A stretch of DNA of 64,000 bases from assembly GCA_002189035.1 (NCBI GenBank), contig CM007990.1, forward strand, positions 3,224,001-3,288,000. Direction: 5' to 3'. Shown here in pieces: positions 35,874-50,352 of this stretch. The translations under genes were made by a program, and so were the position numbers. The first letter of the stretch is position 1. Each line of letters opens with the position of its first letter. The notes beneath the pieces were generated by a model. The model had not been told where the DNA came from and did not search any database. It saw nothing but the letters and a program-made list of their open reading frames with translations. Source of the DNA: Utricularia gibba (taxonomy: Eukaryota; Plantae; Magnoliophyta).

Positions 35874-38800
35874 ATTATGAAATATATTGAGGTCAATGAA
35901 GACCTTAGAGCTGAAGTAAGACGCCGGATAGACATAATGCCAGTTCAACATCGCAAGGAAAGGATGAGTTGAGCCATGCGGTAGGTCAAACATTGGGAAG
36001 TGTATCAGGTGGAGCCTACGAAGATGAACACGTACTGTGAAATACACAGAACTGCAGGGCATGACACTATTGACTGTCGAGTAATAAAAAGGGTTATCGA
36101 GCAGTATCATGTAGGTGGAACAACAACCGGTGCTGCCTGAGGTTCGGTGGATCGGCTTGGTCATAAACAGGCACGAGGTGACCAGTTGGGAACTAGTGAA
36201 GGAAGTTGGTATCTGGAGTTCCCACCTAGGCCATAAGAAAATGCAAAATGCAAGGAGGGGAACCCAACTGCTAAATGGGGGCGGAATAAATTAGAAACTT
36301 CACAAGATGCTAACCACGTACAGGATAGTCCACCCTACTCTCGAGGGATCCATGTGGTATTGAGAGGCACTGAAATTGATGAATCCGGGAAAGCAAGGAG
36401 AGGAGTTTGTGAGATCAGATGAAATCGACCTGAGAGAGCTACTTGGGAATGGGAAGAAGTCAATTTTAGTGAAAAGGATGTTTTGGCTGGCCCTATTGTT
36501 CAAAACAAGCCCTTGGTGGTGGCATGAATATGCAGGAGTACAAAAGTGAGAGGGTCCTCTTCGACTAGGGATCTTCTTGCAACATAATAAGGAGAGGAGT
36601 GGCCGAGTTATTCAAATCTTCCAAGGAGGGGAATATCCGCCAAGTCAGCATGGAGCTATATGTTTTCAAACAATCTGCAGTTTGAATGGTCAAAATAATA
36701 ACCCTACCAGTAACATTTGGCACAACAGGTCAAAACTTGAATGAAAGACCGAAGGATTGATCAGTTCAGCATGGCCACCTCATTCGTACACTTAAAAATC
36801 AAGTTCTTGACCCCAAGGGGAATTTGTACCTTAGATATTGATCAAACAATTTCACGGTCATGCTACATCTCATACTGCTGATACCCTTGCTCTAAGAAGC
36901 CAAAAGTGATGATGGTGGAAAAAGATTGCAAGGAACCTCCAAGGCAAGCCATGGAACTAGTGGGGTATAAGTAGTTGCAGCTAGTGCGGGAGGATGCCCT
37001 GAAAGTAACTCAAATTGACATGGGTCTAGCAACTGATTTCAAGGAAAGGTTAATAGAATTGTTAAAGAGTAATACTGACATTTTTTCATGGACTGCTGCC
37101 GACATTGTAAGTATTGTCCACTCTATCACTGAACACCACATCGATACTTATCTAGGAGCTAAATCGATTCGACAAAAGCAGAGGCATTTCTCCAATGAGA
37201 AATGCTGAATTATCAAAGACTGAAGAATTATTGGAGTTAGGTTACATGCAGGAGATTCAATACTCGGAGTGGGTTGCCAATGTAGTTGTTGTTCTGAAGT
37301 ATGGAGGGAAATGGAAAATGTGTGTTGACTTCACTTACTTTAATTATTGCTGCGTGAGAGATCCATACACGCTTCCGAAGATAGACAAGCTTGTAGATGC
37401 CATTGCAGGATCTCAAGTTATGAGTATCATGGATGTGCATTCCGGCTACCACCAAATCTTCATGGTCAAAAAGGATCAACTCAAAATGACATTCTACACC
37501 AAAGATGGAGTTAACTGCTATGTGGGCATGTCATTCAATTTGAAGAATGTTGGGGCAACTTACCAAAGATTGGTAAATCATATTTTTTCTATTGAAATTG
37601 GTAATTCTATGGAAGTATATATGGATGATATGAATGAATGAAGATGCTCATTTGGCTTACTTGGATTCCTGCTTTTCTTTGTATCGATCTTATAGGTTAA
37701 ACTCATTTCGTTGAAATGCTGCTTTGGAGTAACAAGCATAAGATTGCTTGGCGATTACGTCTCAGAAAGAGGAATTGAAGACGATCATGAAAAGATTAAA
37801 GCAATATGCAAAATGCAACCCCAGAAGTTAGTGAAAGAATATCAAAGTCTTATCGGAAAGGAGGCCACCCTCAATGGATTCATATCCTGGTCTACGGATA
37901 AGTCTGCAACTTTTTTCAAGGTCCTCTGAAAGGGAAATATGCTAGAATGGAATGATGACTGTTGGATTGCTTTCGAAAAATTGAAAGAATACCTTTCATC
38001 ACCACCACTTTTTGTAGTACCGAAGGAGGGTGAACCTTTAGGGCTCTATTTATTGGTATCGTTAGTAGTGGTCAATGGGGTCTTTGTAATCATATCAGGG
38101 GAAAAGTATTTCTTGTTATACTAAGTGAGCAAGGTTCTCCTCCTAGCAAAAACTCGGTATTTGATAATCGAAAAATTCATACTTGCCTTGAAAATGATGA
38201 CCACCAAATTGAAATTGTATTTTCATGATCGACATATTATATTTCCCAATCAGCCTTTAAAGAACATTCTCTCTTGACCTGAAATGGCATGAAGGATTCC
38301 CAAGCAGGTGGTCAAGTTAAACACTGGATATTGAATTTACCTCCGGGACGATGATCAAGGCCCAACCACTTGCTGATTTCGTTGTGGAAATGAAAAGACA
38401 CATAGATCGCTCCTTGGACGGTGATCACATTTATATCACTATGAAGTTCTTATTTTCGGATACCAACAACATAGCTGAATATGAAGCTTTGATTGAAGAG
38501 ATGAAGATGGCCAAAGAAATCAGAGTTCCTCGGCTTGATGTCTACATAGACTCCCGATTAGTGCAAGGACAATTCTCAGATGAATTTTAGGCTCATGACA
38601 CTTGATGGCCTTATATCGTGTTAACGTAAAGAAACTTGTGAAAACCTTCAAGGCATTCACATTATCACATGTAGTGCAGGAAAAGAATGTATCGGTAGAT
38701 AGCTTGGCTCATTTTGCCGTTGGGTTCAAGATCTAAGAGGAAGAAGTGTGCTGATTTGATTATGAGATCAACCTTCAGTAACACTATAAGTAGTTAACCA

Positions 38801-41399
38801 CATCTGTCACCAACCCCGAATGATTTCTCTCCTCAACTAAGCCCTCAAGAGGATTGGACAGACTAGAGGCTTGAAAGTTGCAAACTAGGGCAAGAAGATA
38901 TGTGGTGATCAAGGGAGTTCTCTATAAGAAATCATTTTGCGAACCCTGCTGAGATGTATTGGAAGAGAATAGTCTGAGGAGCTTATTATCGGTTTGCAAG
39001 AAGGCGTTGAGAAGGGAACATTGCTGGCCAACCATGGAGCATGATATCAAGGATTTAATAAAGCATTGCAAAGCATGCCAGCATGATGCAGATGTGCCTA
39101 GGAAACCGTCAAATGACCTTATTATCGGTTCTACCACTTTCATGCCCAATCGATCGATGGGGAGTAGACATTATGGGGTCTTTCCCTTAAACAACTAGTC
39201 AAAGGAAGTTTGTAATCGTGGTGATTAAGTACTTCTCCAAATGGGTGGAACGCTGTGACCAAGATATCAGAAGAAACCATCATCCACTTTTTATGGAGAA
39301 ATGTTCTTATCCAGTTCAGAATACCTTGTGAGTTGGTAATTGATAATGACACTCAATTTACAAGGGAAAAGTTGAATACCTTTTTATACAGATACTCCCT
39401 CAAGCACAATTTGAGCTCAGTATATCATATTCAAAACAATTGTCTTACGGAAGTCTCGAATTGGATGCCCCAATAAGGTATGAAAACTAAACTTGAAAAT
39501 TTCGATATGTCTTTAACGGACAGGCTGGATGAGATTTTATGGTCATCCACTACAGAGGAATCTCCATTCATGTTAGGTATGGATCAGAAGCAATATGCCT
39601 AATGGAGTGAACATTGAAGAGCTATTGAGTCGAGCACTATGATGAAGTGAATAATGCCAAATTTTGAAAATTAGAGCTTTAGCTCTTAGAAGAGAAACGA
39701 TAAAATATCTATACTCAACTCGAGGCTTATCAAAATAGGGTTGAAAGAAGTTAGAACAAGTTTGTGTGCCCAAAGGGATTCTCAAAAGTAGACTTGGTAC
39801 TCTAGAGAATATAGGCACAAAAATATGATGCAAAGCTGGAACGCAACTCGGAGAGGCCCATCCGAATTGCGAGAGCCCTTGGTGGAGGACAATATCGGCT
39901 AAAACTCTTCCGATCTTGGAATATGGCACACTTAAGAAAATTTCATGCATGATGACGAACCTATCGAGATGTCATTTATTTTTCAGCTATTTCACCATTG
40001 TTCAAAATATGTTATTCCATTACTCTTAAGGGTTGTTTTTACTTACCTTATACTCCACTTTCTCATTATTTTCAATAGATTTTACATCTTTCATATTACT
40101 TTGATCTTTTTGGAGAGAGAGTATATTTTATAGATTTTTAGGACACTTTAGATCAATTTGAGGAGAAATCAAGACCCACTAGATTATGGACCTGATGGGC
40201 CATTAATCTCAGCTCGAGACTCGAAAAAATGATGAAGATTTGATCCAGGATGCGTGGATAAGATAAATATTTGAAGATGATCTTGAAATATTTAGATAAA
40301 AGATTTGGATAGAAGATCTTATCCAAACCCATCAAACAAGCTCAATATGAAAACTTGGAGCTACTCTCCTATAAATACTCCAATCTGTCAACTATTAAAG
40401 ACGTCTTTTGATCACCTTTGCTTTGTATTTTTCCTATTTTGTGTTTATTTTCATGTTTGAGTTAAGTTCATGCGTGTGAGTACTTGCAACTAAGGATCTG
40501 CGGTGAAGCCTTGCTTTCAGAAGTCTTGCATGTGTGACTGTTTTACTATGTTTTTTGACATTTAATTTGAGATTTGATTCTGTTTTTCGCAACGTTTTCT
40601 TTACTAACGTGATCTTTAGTATCACATAACTCGAAGGGAGTGTGAAAAAATCAAATGTTTGCTTCAAGCACATAAAGACCCTAAGGAGAAGGGCTCAATC
40701 GTAGATCATTGGTAAGGTATATTCTATCTAATCTATGAGAGGTATGAGATGTAGGGGTTAGATTTGGGTATGAAGAAAACATGGGTTATCATAGGAGATG
40801 AAATGGCTCTGATGGCGTGGTTGATTCCATAATCCCACAAAACAATGGACAGTGTTATAACGATCACCGAGTAGCACTATTTTATAATAACACCCCCATA
40901 ACTTGCATAAGCAGGTTAGTTTTCAAGGTTTACACACACAAGTTTGGACGACATTTGAGCAAGGTGGTTCCTAGATCCGAAGCCTCTTTTTTTTTATTGT
41001 TTTTAGCACCAAATCTTTGTTTTGTTTTCAGACTTTTGAGTCATTGCTTTGTAAAGGAAATTCCAATAACAGTTCCATATGGATACGATCTTATTTTATT
41101 ACTTCATACGGTTTCTGTGCACTTGCAAAATTACCATTTGTAATGGTAACCCCTGGTATGAATCAGGCACTGGTTCCAAAAAACACACACTTAAGTGCTG
41201 AAAAAGACCTAAGTAAAGATCTTACTATCAAATCTCGAGATAATAAGTGCACCCAAAGGAAATCCGGCTGCATTCCGAAAGTGCAGAATCTCAGCCAAAA
41301 GAGAGCCTATGTGGATTGGAGAAGTGATTCAGTTGAGTAGACGGTTTAGCTCACATCTCTAGAAGTGGCTCGACATAAGTAAGAAAAAACTTAGGCAAA

Positions 41400-43300
41400 T
41401 ATTTCAAGTAACAGATGACATGAATATAGAAAAAGGTGCACATTAAAACCAATACTCTCAAGTTGAGAAAAGTAACACCCCAAACTGGGACTCAAGCTTG
41501 AACAAGACCCCAAAATAGGGCAAAAATACTAGTTTCGTTTTAAATATAGAAAGTGAGAGCTCAAGGAAGGAGATTGATAGACAGGACAACATGCCCCTCA
41601 AGTCTCGAAGACAACTTGAGACTATGGCTTTCAAACATTCCAAGTCAGGTTCAAAACTGAACTCCAGAGCCTGAAATAGATCTATCCAGGCCTTTTGCAT
41701 ATTCTCATCTCGTTTGAGTGGAGAAATCCAATCCCAGCACAAGTTAGGGACCGAGATGCCAAATACGTTGGCTATTTGGCGCACCTTCCGGTATAGAAGG
41801 AGGCTGATTAAATTGTTCTGTAAAGATCTGATAACTTTGAGAAGTAGGTAGAGCTAATGAAGTCGTCCAGGACCCATTGGCGAGCTAACTCTTGATCATG
41901 AAGCTCAGCCTCTAGTGCCGAAACCCGACCCTTTGTGTGTGTCAACTCTGACTTAATCACCTTGAATCTGGCCTTGAAAACCTCTTTTTTGGAGTTGGTG
42001 TCATCAATGGCCATGCCCATTTCATTCACCAGCATCTCATGCCGAGAACGCTTACTTAATATAGCCTTCAAAGAGCTTTCTTTATCCTACGGTTGTTCGA
42101 TCTCCAAATCCTTGGTGGGTATCGTGGATTGGAGTTCTGAAACCTTGCTCGTAAGGGCTTCAATCTCTTTTGTCAAACCCCAACTGAGAACAAACCCCTG
42201 AAAGCTCAAAATTCCATTTTTATTGTTGCTAACATTTGGAATCAGAAGGATAGACATATTACCTCCCAAATGCCATTTTCAACTCTTGCTAAGGCCTTGA
42301 AGACTTGAAAACAACCTCCTCCAAGGTTGTCTGCAACTTGGCAGGGATTTGAGTTCAGGGGGGGGGGGGGGTGAGGATGAAAAATCCTTGGCCGCATCAA
42401 TAGGAAGTTCAGATGTAGAAGGCCTTGCCGAATCGAAAATCGCCTTCGGATCTGGGATCTCAATGATCTCGGTGGAAAGAGGCACCTTCTCTTTACCCTT
42501 CTCGGTAGAGGCCGACGGAGTTGGATCTCAATTTATGGAAGTTTCCAACTTCGCTATCTCCCATGCGGAGATAGTCGGTGTTATCAAACCATGCCCCTAG
42601 TGAACCACCTAAACGTAAAATCAAAATCAAACCAAGAGTCAAAATAACCCGAATAAGCAAAGAAAGAAGGTGAACCTCAAAAAGTGGTCGTATATCCGAT
42701 TGTCGAACCTCGCAGAGCTCAGCATCAAAATGCGCAGCAACCAAAGCCTTCAAAACCCTTCTCCTTGCCATTTCATTAGCTGCATATCGAGATCAAAGAG
42801 CAATCAAAACAACGAAGTATTATAATTTGGAAAAAATAAGTCTAAGTATGTTTTTGCTTTTTGGAGGGTTTGTGGGCACATGTCTTTACCCAGCTTTTTT
42901 TCTGGGGAGCATGGGGTAGGACAGGAGAAGCATGAACTGAATTACGAAAATGGTCAGGGGACATCGTAATGGGGTAAGAAGTGGATCTTGCATCGAGACC
43001 ATGCGGAGCAAGGAATTCGGTCCAATAGTAATCTCAATTTTAGCCAAGAATGCTTGAGAGGTTCAACGAACCTTTAGAAAGCAACAAGGCATGAGATTCG
43101 TACCAAATGGTGCCTTCACCAAGTCTCCATATATCAGCTGGTGATAAGGACTAGAAAGTAGAGGGCTGATAAGGACCAGAAAGTTTCACCCTAAAGGGGG
43201 TGGGAGGATCAAGGGGAAGTTCCATTTTGATCCTAGTGGAGGAGCAACCCAAACGAAAGACGTCCACTAGTCATGGTAGATATCGAGGGCCTTAATGATG
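41400..43300 (-). pseudogene. Fragmented antisense extra ORF of the Retand element (Transposase_28-like N-part, Pro-rich linker, coiled coil)
   Basis: Minus-strand frames include FLAKIEITIGPNSLLRMV, SSSPPPPPELK and KKEVFKARFKVIKSELTHTKGRVSALEAELHDQE. Located downstream of pol and antisense to it. Confidence 0.6.
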
Positions 43301-43984
43301 AAATGCGGGTTATCCTCAAATCGAGTGAATTGAAAATGAGCTCACCCAAACATCAAAGGTTTATCCTTGCGGACAGCGATTTTGAAAACCTAAAGGAAGT
43401 CTACTAAGGACAGAGCTGAGTCCATTTCTGATGCGTAAAATAAGAAAGTAGTAAAACAAAAAACAGAATTAGGGGCAATAAGAAGACATCAGACGATCAA
43501 GGAGTGCAAAGGGAAATAGAGATCGCTTTTGAAATAAGAAGACACAATACTCTTTTTGAGAGAGAAAACACAATGGTTGTAAGTCCAAGTAGAAAACATT
43601 TTAACACTATTCCTTCTATAAGAAGACATCTAATTCTAGCAAATATTACTTAAAGAGACAATTTGCTTGTGCAAAATCTACAAACAGGTTGGTTATTTAA
43701 AAAAGGGTATGTCCAACAAATAGGTAAGGACAAGTGTTCAATCAGACATCATTAATAAGACAAATTCGATTTAATTTGTTTGTAATGTATGAAGTCTAGG
43801 GATTAGAATTAAGTGTGGAAAAAACATGAATTACCACAGTAGGTGAAATTACTATAGTGACATGGTTGATTGTATAATAATTCTAAATGAGAAATGATAT
43901 TATAATAGTTACCAAGTAGTACTACTTTAAAATAATACCTCTACAACTTACACTAACAAGTGGGTATTCAAGGTTTACACATAT

Positions 43985-45229
43985 TGATAAACGGAAATTT
44001 TAGCATATTGTTGCAATAAAATAAAACTTCCATATCAAATACATTTATAAGCCCTAATCTACACAAACTACAAATTGAGAAAACTTGTATAGTGGATGTC
44101 GGGGTCGATCACAAGGAGCTTGTGCTTGTCATGTATTTCAGCAGATACAGAATTTTCAAAGTAACGGTAAGTCTTAGTCTAAACTCGGACCAACAATGGT
44201 AAACAAGTTTGGTAAACAAGATCAGTAGACAATATCAGGTTTTAACACTAAGGTAACAAGTACTAGTTCTAACTCAGAATAATAACAAGGTGTCTTAAGG
44301 GTTTGCAGATGGTTTAGTGCCAAAATTCCTAATTTAATCTACCATGTTCCTACACTTACAACTTCAAATAACCTAAGTCTACTCAAGTCATTCATCATAT
44401 TTTCATCTAAGCTAGTTCCAATTAGGTTTACCTGCATGCAAAGCATATAGAATTAGATCTACTCATGGCTTAATAGAAACAAGAGGTAAAAAACAATGGT
44501 GAATTTTATTAAGATTCCTAGATCCACACCACTATGCTTCACTTTAAGGCACCTCTAGGGCTTTAGCTACTCATATTTGGAAGGTAAAAAATAATGACAT
44601 TAACATAAAACAACAAAAATGTTAAGAACATCGTGCAGAAGTTTTGTGCAGAAACTAAAGACATCAACAACTAAAAGAAAGCTGTAAAGTTCTGGTTTCC
44701 GTCTGCTACTGTTCACAGTCTGGAACAGTAGCGTTGAGCTAGGTCTTGATCTTCTTCTTTCACGCTGGAGGTTCTTCTCCAGAAAAATCACCTTCCTTCT
44801 TCTCCTTTTGTATTTTTTGTGTTCGAGTTGGGGGAGAAACCCCCTCGTGTGTGTTCTGAAAATTCTGGGTGTCCTCTTTTGCGACTCTCTCTCCTCCTCT
44901 TTATCTCGCCTCACATTGCTCAAGGCAAGGATATTCTATGACAAATCTGCTGCTCCTTGCCCTGACTTGCAAACTGCCGTCGTGACAATGTACTGATTGC
45001 CCCCTGCAGCCTAGTGACTTGCACGAAATCCAGATTTCTTCCTTGACTTTTGAGTTGCTGCTGGATTCCAAAATCGGGTTAGACATGGGGGATTTAGCCC
45101 AGTAATATACCAAAAAATCATATTTCCCTAATCAAATAAAAATACTTAAAACTATAAAATTAACACTTAAACATAATTAAAAATTTATGATTTTTTATAT
45201 CCTAAAACATGAAAATTTATGTGTTATCA
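43985..45229 (-). mobile_element. Athila-like solo LTR
   Basis: TGATAAACGG...GTGTTATCA with near-TSD CATAT/CATAG. Close similarity to 34557-35873. Confidence 0.9.
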
Positions 45230-45479
45230 CATAGATATTGGTGAGTTTTAGTAAGATCTAACTTGTATCCAAAACCACTTTTTGTATTTTTTTTTAAAAC
45301 TAATCTTTTTGTTTTGTTTTCAGTTTGTTTCATGTCACTTTACTTCAACAATTTATGTGTACATATAAAATTACCATCATTCCATGATTGCTTACTTGAG
45401 AAGCAATTTTTTGATGTTTTAGTTATATAATTGAATGGAACATATGCTGTAAGTTATGAATGATCACGATCCATATGAT

Positions 45480-46070
45480 TCTTAGTTTGCTTATTGATAA
45501 GCATTCAATAAAAGATATCCATATATGTAGAAAGGTGCTTCACAACTATTATACTTACATTCCTAAGTTAATTGTGATAGTAGCTTTGAAAGAGATTTAG
45601 AAGACTATCAAGAAAATTCATGATACACGGAGTGTTATTTATTCAACTTTTTCAGTAAAGACAATTGAGAAATTCAAACTAGTTGTATGTCCATGTAATA
45701 GCTTCCAACAAGAATGCAAAACTCAATTGAGTTCTATATACTGGATGCTTGACACTTATGCAAATCTTTAAGGATGCATTTTCACAAGTGCGATTATGGA
45801 TAGATGCTACAAAAGTCTATTGGATGAAGAAAATTGGGATAAAGCAATCAAAATTTGTGATATTTTGAAGTGTTTTTCGAAGCAAAGTTGATTTTTTTAG
45901 TACTCTTTATTCTATATTTAATCTTTTTTTTTCAATTATTTATGATATCAAGATTAAACTACATGGGTGGATGCAAAATAATGATTCATAGTTAGTGGTA
46001 TAGAATTCGAGATGATGAGCATGTTTTTTAAATATTGGGATGGTTGTCACTTTATATTAGAAATTTGGAA
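45480..46070 (+). pseudogene. hAT (Ac/RICESLEEPER-type) transposase remnant
   Basis: IPKLIVIVALKEI (HILNLIV..GL..I), CKTQLSSIYWML (TRWNSTY.ML), EENWDKAIKICDIL and FLKYWDGCHFIL (KF.KYW). Contains stops and frameshifts. Confidence 0.75.
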
Positions 46071-46674
46071 TAATCTAGTAAATAACACGTTTTATGGTAA
46101 TGCTGCCCAAGGACGAGCGTAGGTGTTCGGACTAGATGTGAAGATTCTAAGGGTTTCGGCTAGTGAAATAGATGTGAAGATTATCCATTCGATTTCGAAG
46201 TTCTGCACAACTCCCGAAGTGGTCTAGGAGATGCTTTAGATGGGCGTTGAAAATAAGTTAAGCCTTGCGGTTGAAGTAGAGGTGCGACTAGTTCCAAACC
46301 GTTCGGTTTTAGCAAACCATTAGTTCATAAACCATGGTTCGTTATAGACTACAATTTCGGTTTTGATTCAGAACTAGATTTCAAAACCTTGAACCAAACC
46401 AAAACTAGAATCGGAACCAATGGTGGTACAAAATCGAAACCAAAACTGGAATCGGACGGTTATTGCTTAAATGAATGATGCATTTTCCAGGGTGCTTGAG
46501 AATGAATTTCTATTTTGCAAAATATGATCCTGGGCACACTTAGGTGTTTAGAATTGATCCTTAACAATTGTTATAGGTGTTTAGAATTGATCCTGGGCAC
46601 ACTTAGGAATCAATATGAGTGTCTTGATAATTGATAACAAAAAATGTTACGTTATCTAGGCACCCATAACAATC

Positions 46675-48706
46675 TGTTGCATTTCTCGTATACTTTGCAT
46701 GTCAGAAAAGTAGCAGAATTTAAAATTTTTTTTTGAGAAATCCTCAACGTAAATCTTGGAATACGATATACAACAGATAAAAGGATGTTGAGAATACCTT
46801 TAAGAGGACTTCGTTGTTCACTAACCGCGAATAATAGACGGCCTTTATGGTATTCACACGTGAAGCACTCCGTCGATAACCTTCTCAAAGCTATAAAATG
46901 CTCATCGATCTCCTCAAGTTCCCACCCCCTTGTAGATCAATCTCAGAAAGCAAGAAGATGTTGGAAGCCGATTTGTAGATCTAAATTATTTGATAGATAT
47001 TTGGTAACATATCAAATAAAATCTCTGTAAATTATCTTGTAGAAATATTTATATGTTCCAAATCTTATTTATATAAGATCTTTTATTTTGAATTTAATCA
47101 ATATTAATCTCAAAATAACTCTCTATTTAATTTATTCACTTTACCAATTACATCTTATGTAATTGTGCTATTCTATTTTATATCGATTAGTGATGTGACC
47201 CTCTAATCTAAAGAGATTAGTAACCCACGAACAAGAGGTGATTTTGAAGCTTAGAAAGTATCCCACCCAAGTCTACCCTCAAGAGAATGAATCTCTTGCA
47301 ACCAGACTTCGAAACAAAGAAAATTAGGAGCCACACTTCAGAAAAGAGAAGGGATTGGAAGTGATAATCCTAGGACGCCACAAGCTTAAAGCTTGATAAG
47401 TCAAGAGTGTACAAGTACTCAAAGAATAGGAGAATCCTCACAACATACATGAAAATGACTAAAGGTCCTTAAAGAGTACAATTTTAGAGTATTTATACTT
47501 TAGGATTGGGCTCTAACATTACTTGGGCCAAACAAGTAGTTGAGCTCTTTTGATGGGATGTCTTCAAGCCCATGTTTGATTCCAATTGTATTGAGTAGAG
47601 CCTTAAGTGTATCTTCAAGCATCTTGCTCTTGCTCCTAGTCATTGGTCCCGTTGGAATCATCTTTGTCTCTAATGTGTTCACTTGGACAAACTCCTCATC
47701 ATTCTTTAAAGACACTTCATTATCTTCCTGGGGCTCATCAATTAGTGATTCCACTATTGTGTCTGACCCTATAGGCTTCTTCAATCAAGGCCGTAATAAT
47801 AAATTTATTAATTAACTCTTAATTAATCAAATACATCATTATCAATCATGAGTGATGTCTAGCAACATATCATGATCCCAAGATGTAAGAATAATCAGGT
47901 GAACTGATTGAGCCTTTCCATGACTAGCCACCATGCAATGAACTGCTTTCATCATACTTATATCTCATTCGATACCAAAACATGGGTGTGTGTCTTTCTG
48001 ATATATCGAGCTTATAATTGCATTCAAGCACTAACACTCGATTACCTTGTCAAACAATTCGAGTGTCATCCCTTGGGTCCATGACTTACTGTTAGGATTT
48101 GATGCAATTAATTGAGATATGATCTCATAGCTAACATGAGTGATGAATCATTTATTGGTCAATCAACTATCTCCAACGTTAAGGAGTCATATCCCTACTC
48201 ATCCATACTAGGCAAGCCATGTTTAGGCTCCCATTAGTAATGAGCGAAAATGCGAGCTTAAGATCAAGATAACTTTGTTGACCTCAAGTCTCAACTTACT
48301 TGCATGACTGTCATATTCGAAATCTTGCTACTGACACTTGTTTAGCTTTCTATAGTAGTATCTCGAAGACGAGTCATCCAGTGAATCGATTCTCTAATCG
48401 ACACCCACACATTGATTCTAGTAATCTCATTATATTAATTGTGAGAATCATCACCTAAACAGTTTAGGGAACTCAATATGTGATAGCTTATCCGTATTTT
48501 TGATATCCTCATTTAACAAATACTCTAGTCAGGGAGTTTTTAACTTGAGCATAAGTGCTTGAAGAATCTCACATTATGATCTCATCATAATTTTTATAGC
48601 GCATAGATCAAGTAGAAGATTTTATCAATGATATAAATTTAATCATAATTCAAAGTAAATATCAAAAGATAAGATTTGCATTGTCTCTAGAACACATACA
48701 CCAACA
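46675..48706 (-). mobile_element. Angela-like solo LTR carrying a nested CRM solo LTR
   Basis: Reverse complement of the 9636 family (TGTTGC...ACACCAACA). Near-TSD CAATC/CAGTC. Confidence 0.9.
47191..47740 (-). mobile_element. CRM (centromeric chromovirus) solo LTR
   Basis: TGAT...ATCA termini and exact TSD ATTAG (47186-47190, 47741-47745). The LTR encodes the integrase tail PTGPMTRSKSKMLEDTLKALL (CR motif). Confidence 0.88.
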
Positions 48707-50352
48707 CAGTCATTATGTATGTCCAGAATTGATTAAAAATGTCCTTAGGTGTCATTATGAGTGTCTAATAAATCTTATCATAGGTGTCCTTAGAAACCAT
48801 TATGAGTGTTTACAAATTCTCTTCAAAAATTATATGCTTTCTAGGTATCTTCAACAATTGCTATGGGTGTTTGCGAATTAATTCTCTTAAAAAATGAACT
48901 GATGGTTCACAGTTTTGAACTATTGGTACGGTCAATTTTACACGGATTGGAATCGATGGTTCCACAATTTCAAATTTATTGAATCGAACTAGAATTATAC
49001 GAACACTTACATCTCCGAACCAAACAGGTTCCAATTGATGTGGGGAGGAAGACGCGGGAAAGATCATGGGAAACACTCAGGTTGCATTACAAGCAATCAA
49101 AGAATTCGTCATGCCTTCATCACAAGAATGCGATGACATACCTTAGTTTTTTAGAAATATTTTCATATTGCTGTAATTTTCAAATTTATTATTAGTTTAT
49201 CTTAATTATTGAATATACTTGCTAATCAACCTTATCTTTTGAAATTATTTTTATGTTACCTCAATTAAAAAAGAAAAGGGTAAATGTCTCAATTTTATAT
49301 TTACTTTTTCATTTATATTAATTTTTTAAAAACTTTGTAAATTAATAAAAATAGGGATATTTTTTTTTACATTTTACCTTATCTTTATGATTTTTTTTGT
49401 CCTGTGTTTTAATTTTAATGTTATTAATAATATATTTTATTTTCAGAATTCAAGGAATATTTAGTATTTATGATTTAGGAATATTATTATATTAGGCTTT
49501 CGGGATTCATAATTAGATTTTATGGTTTAGTAATTTATGTTTTGAAATTGAATATTCGGGGTTTAGTTTTTAGATTAGAAATTTAAGTTTAAAAGTTTAG
49601 TGTTTAGAAATATTTGAAATTTAGGTTTAGGAGTTTAGAGTTCAGAGATTAAAATAGAGTAAAATGTATAATATAAATGAATATTTAAGGTAAATCAGCT
49701 TAAATACAAAAAAAAAGAATAACTAAGGTAAGTTATCAATAAAAATATTAAATAAGGTAACTAGCAAGTAGATTAAAGAGGAAGAGGTAAATAAATATTA
49801 AAGTTATTGTGGGTGTTGTAAATGTTTTGTAGTTACCGAGGGCGAGGGATTTGGGCAAGTGTTGTTGATGTAAATCCAATCGTATTAATACAAGAAAAGA
49901 ATATTTTCCATAAAAATTTCCACCGATTTCCGCAGAGGAAGCCCACTTAATGGCACCAAAACCCACTTAATGGTGCCAGAGATTCCTCCCCTCTACTCTC
50001 TATAGTTTGGATTGTAGCGTTGCAACAACCTTCTTCTCCATTCATCAACTTGGTTTCATCTTCACGTACTTGGTATCTTCTTTACTGATTTGGTTTTTTA
50101 CTATATCTCTTCAAGAGTTTTTTTTTTTGAGTTTTTTTTTGTGCACTGGGGATGAGGTTTATATTGACTAATTTGTGGAGAATCCTTGTTTATTCAATTG
50201 GTATAAAATATGTTTTTTTGTCTAGGAAGGCAGGTTACTTGTATCTAGTCGTCATGGAAAAGTGATGCAACCCTCCAAACAACAAGTATTGGATAAACCC
50301 AATCTTGGATTTCTAATGAAACAATCATTTAATAAAACAAAAAGTTGATTTT

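Larger units (their letters stand above)
33240..43300 (+). mobile_element. Decayed Tat/Retand element: 3' part of 5' LTR (to 33436), PBS, gag-pol and antisense ORF region
   Basis: Degenerate PBS at 33440-33456; gag ATG at 33512; RT WKMCVDFT...YMDD (37195-37641); additional RNase H KAQPLADF...TNNIAEYEALI; integrase KYFSKWVE...VIDNDTQF; pol ends WNMAHLRKFH near 39950. No matching 3' LTR seen. Confidence 0.88.
46278..49030. mobile_element. Possible non-autonomous hAT-like element with AACC/GGTT-rich subterminal repeats and a ~30-bp degenerate minisatellite, split by the Angela LTR
   Basis: TAGAGGTG start; repeated AAACCG/GAACCA motifs at 46290-46460 and 48900-49030; TTAGGTGTTTAGAATTGATCC repeats at 46520-46610. 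Termini not confirmed. Confidence 0.3.

Noticed and set aside
40124-40671. 3' LTR of the Retand element
   Set aside because: Has a purine tract and TATA box but no clear similarity to the 5' LTR family and no TSD. Left uncalled.
46520-46670. CRISPR-like spaced repeats
   Set aside because: A degenerate minisatellite without unique constant-length spacers, in a eukaryotic context with no cas genes.
49480-49660. Interstitial telomere-like TTTAG repeats
   Set aside because: Highly degenerate with no run of TTTAGGG units. This is typical of plant non-autonomous DNA transposon interiors.
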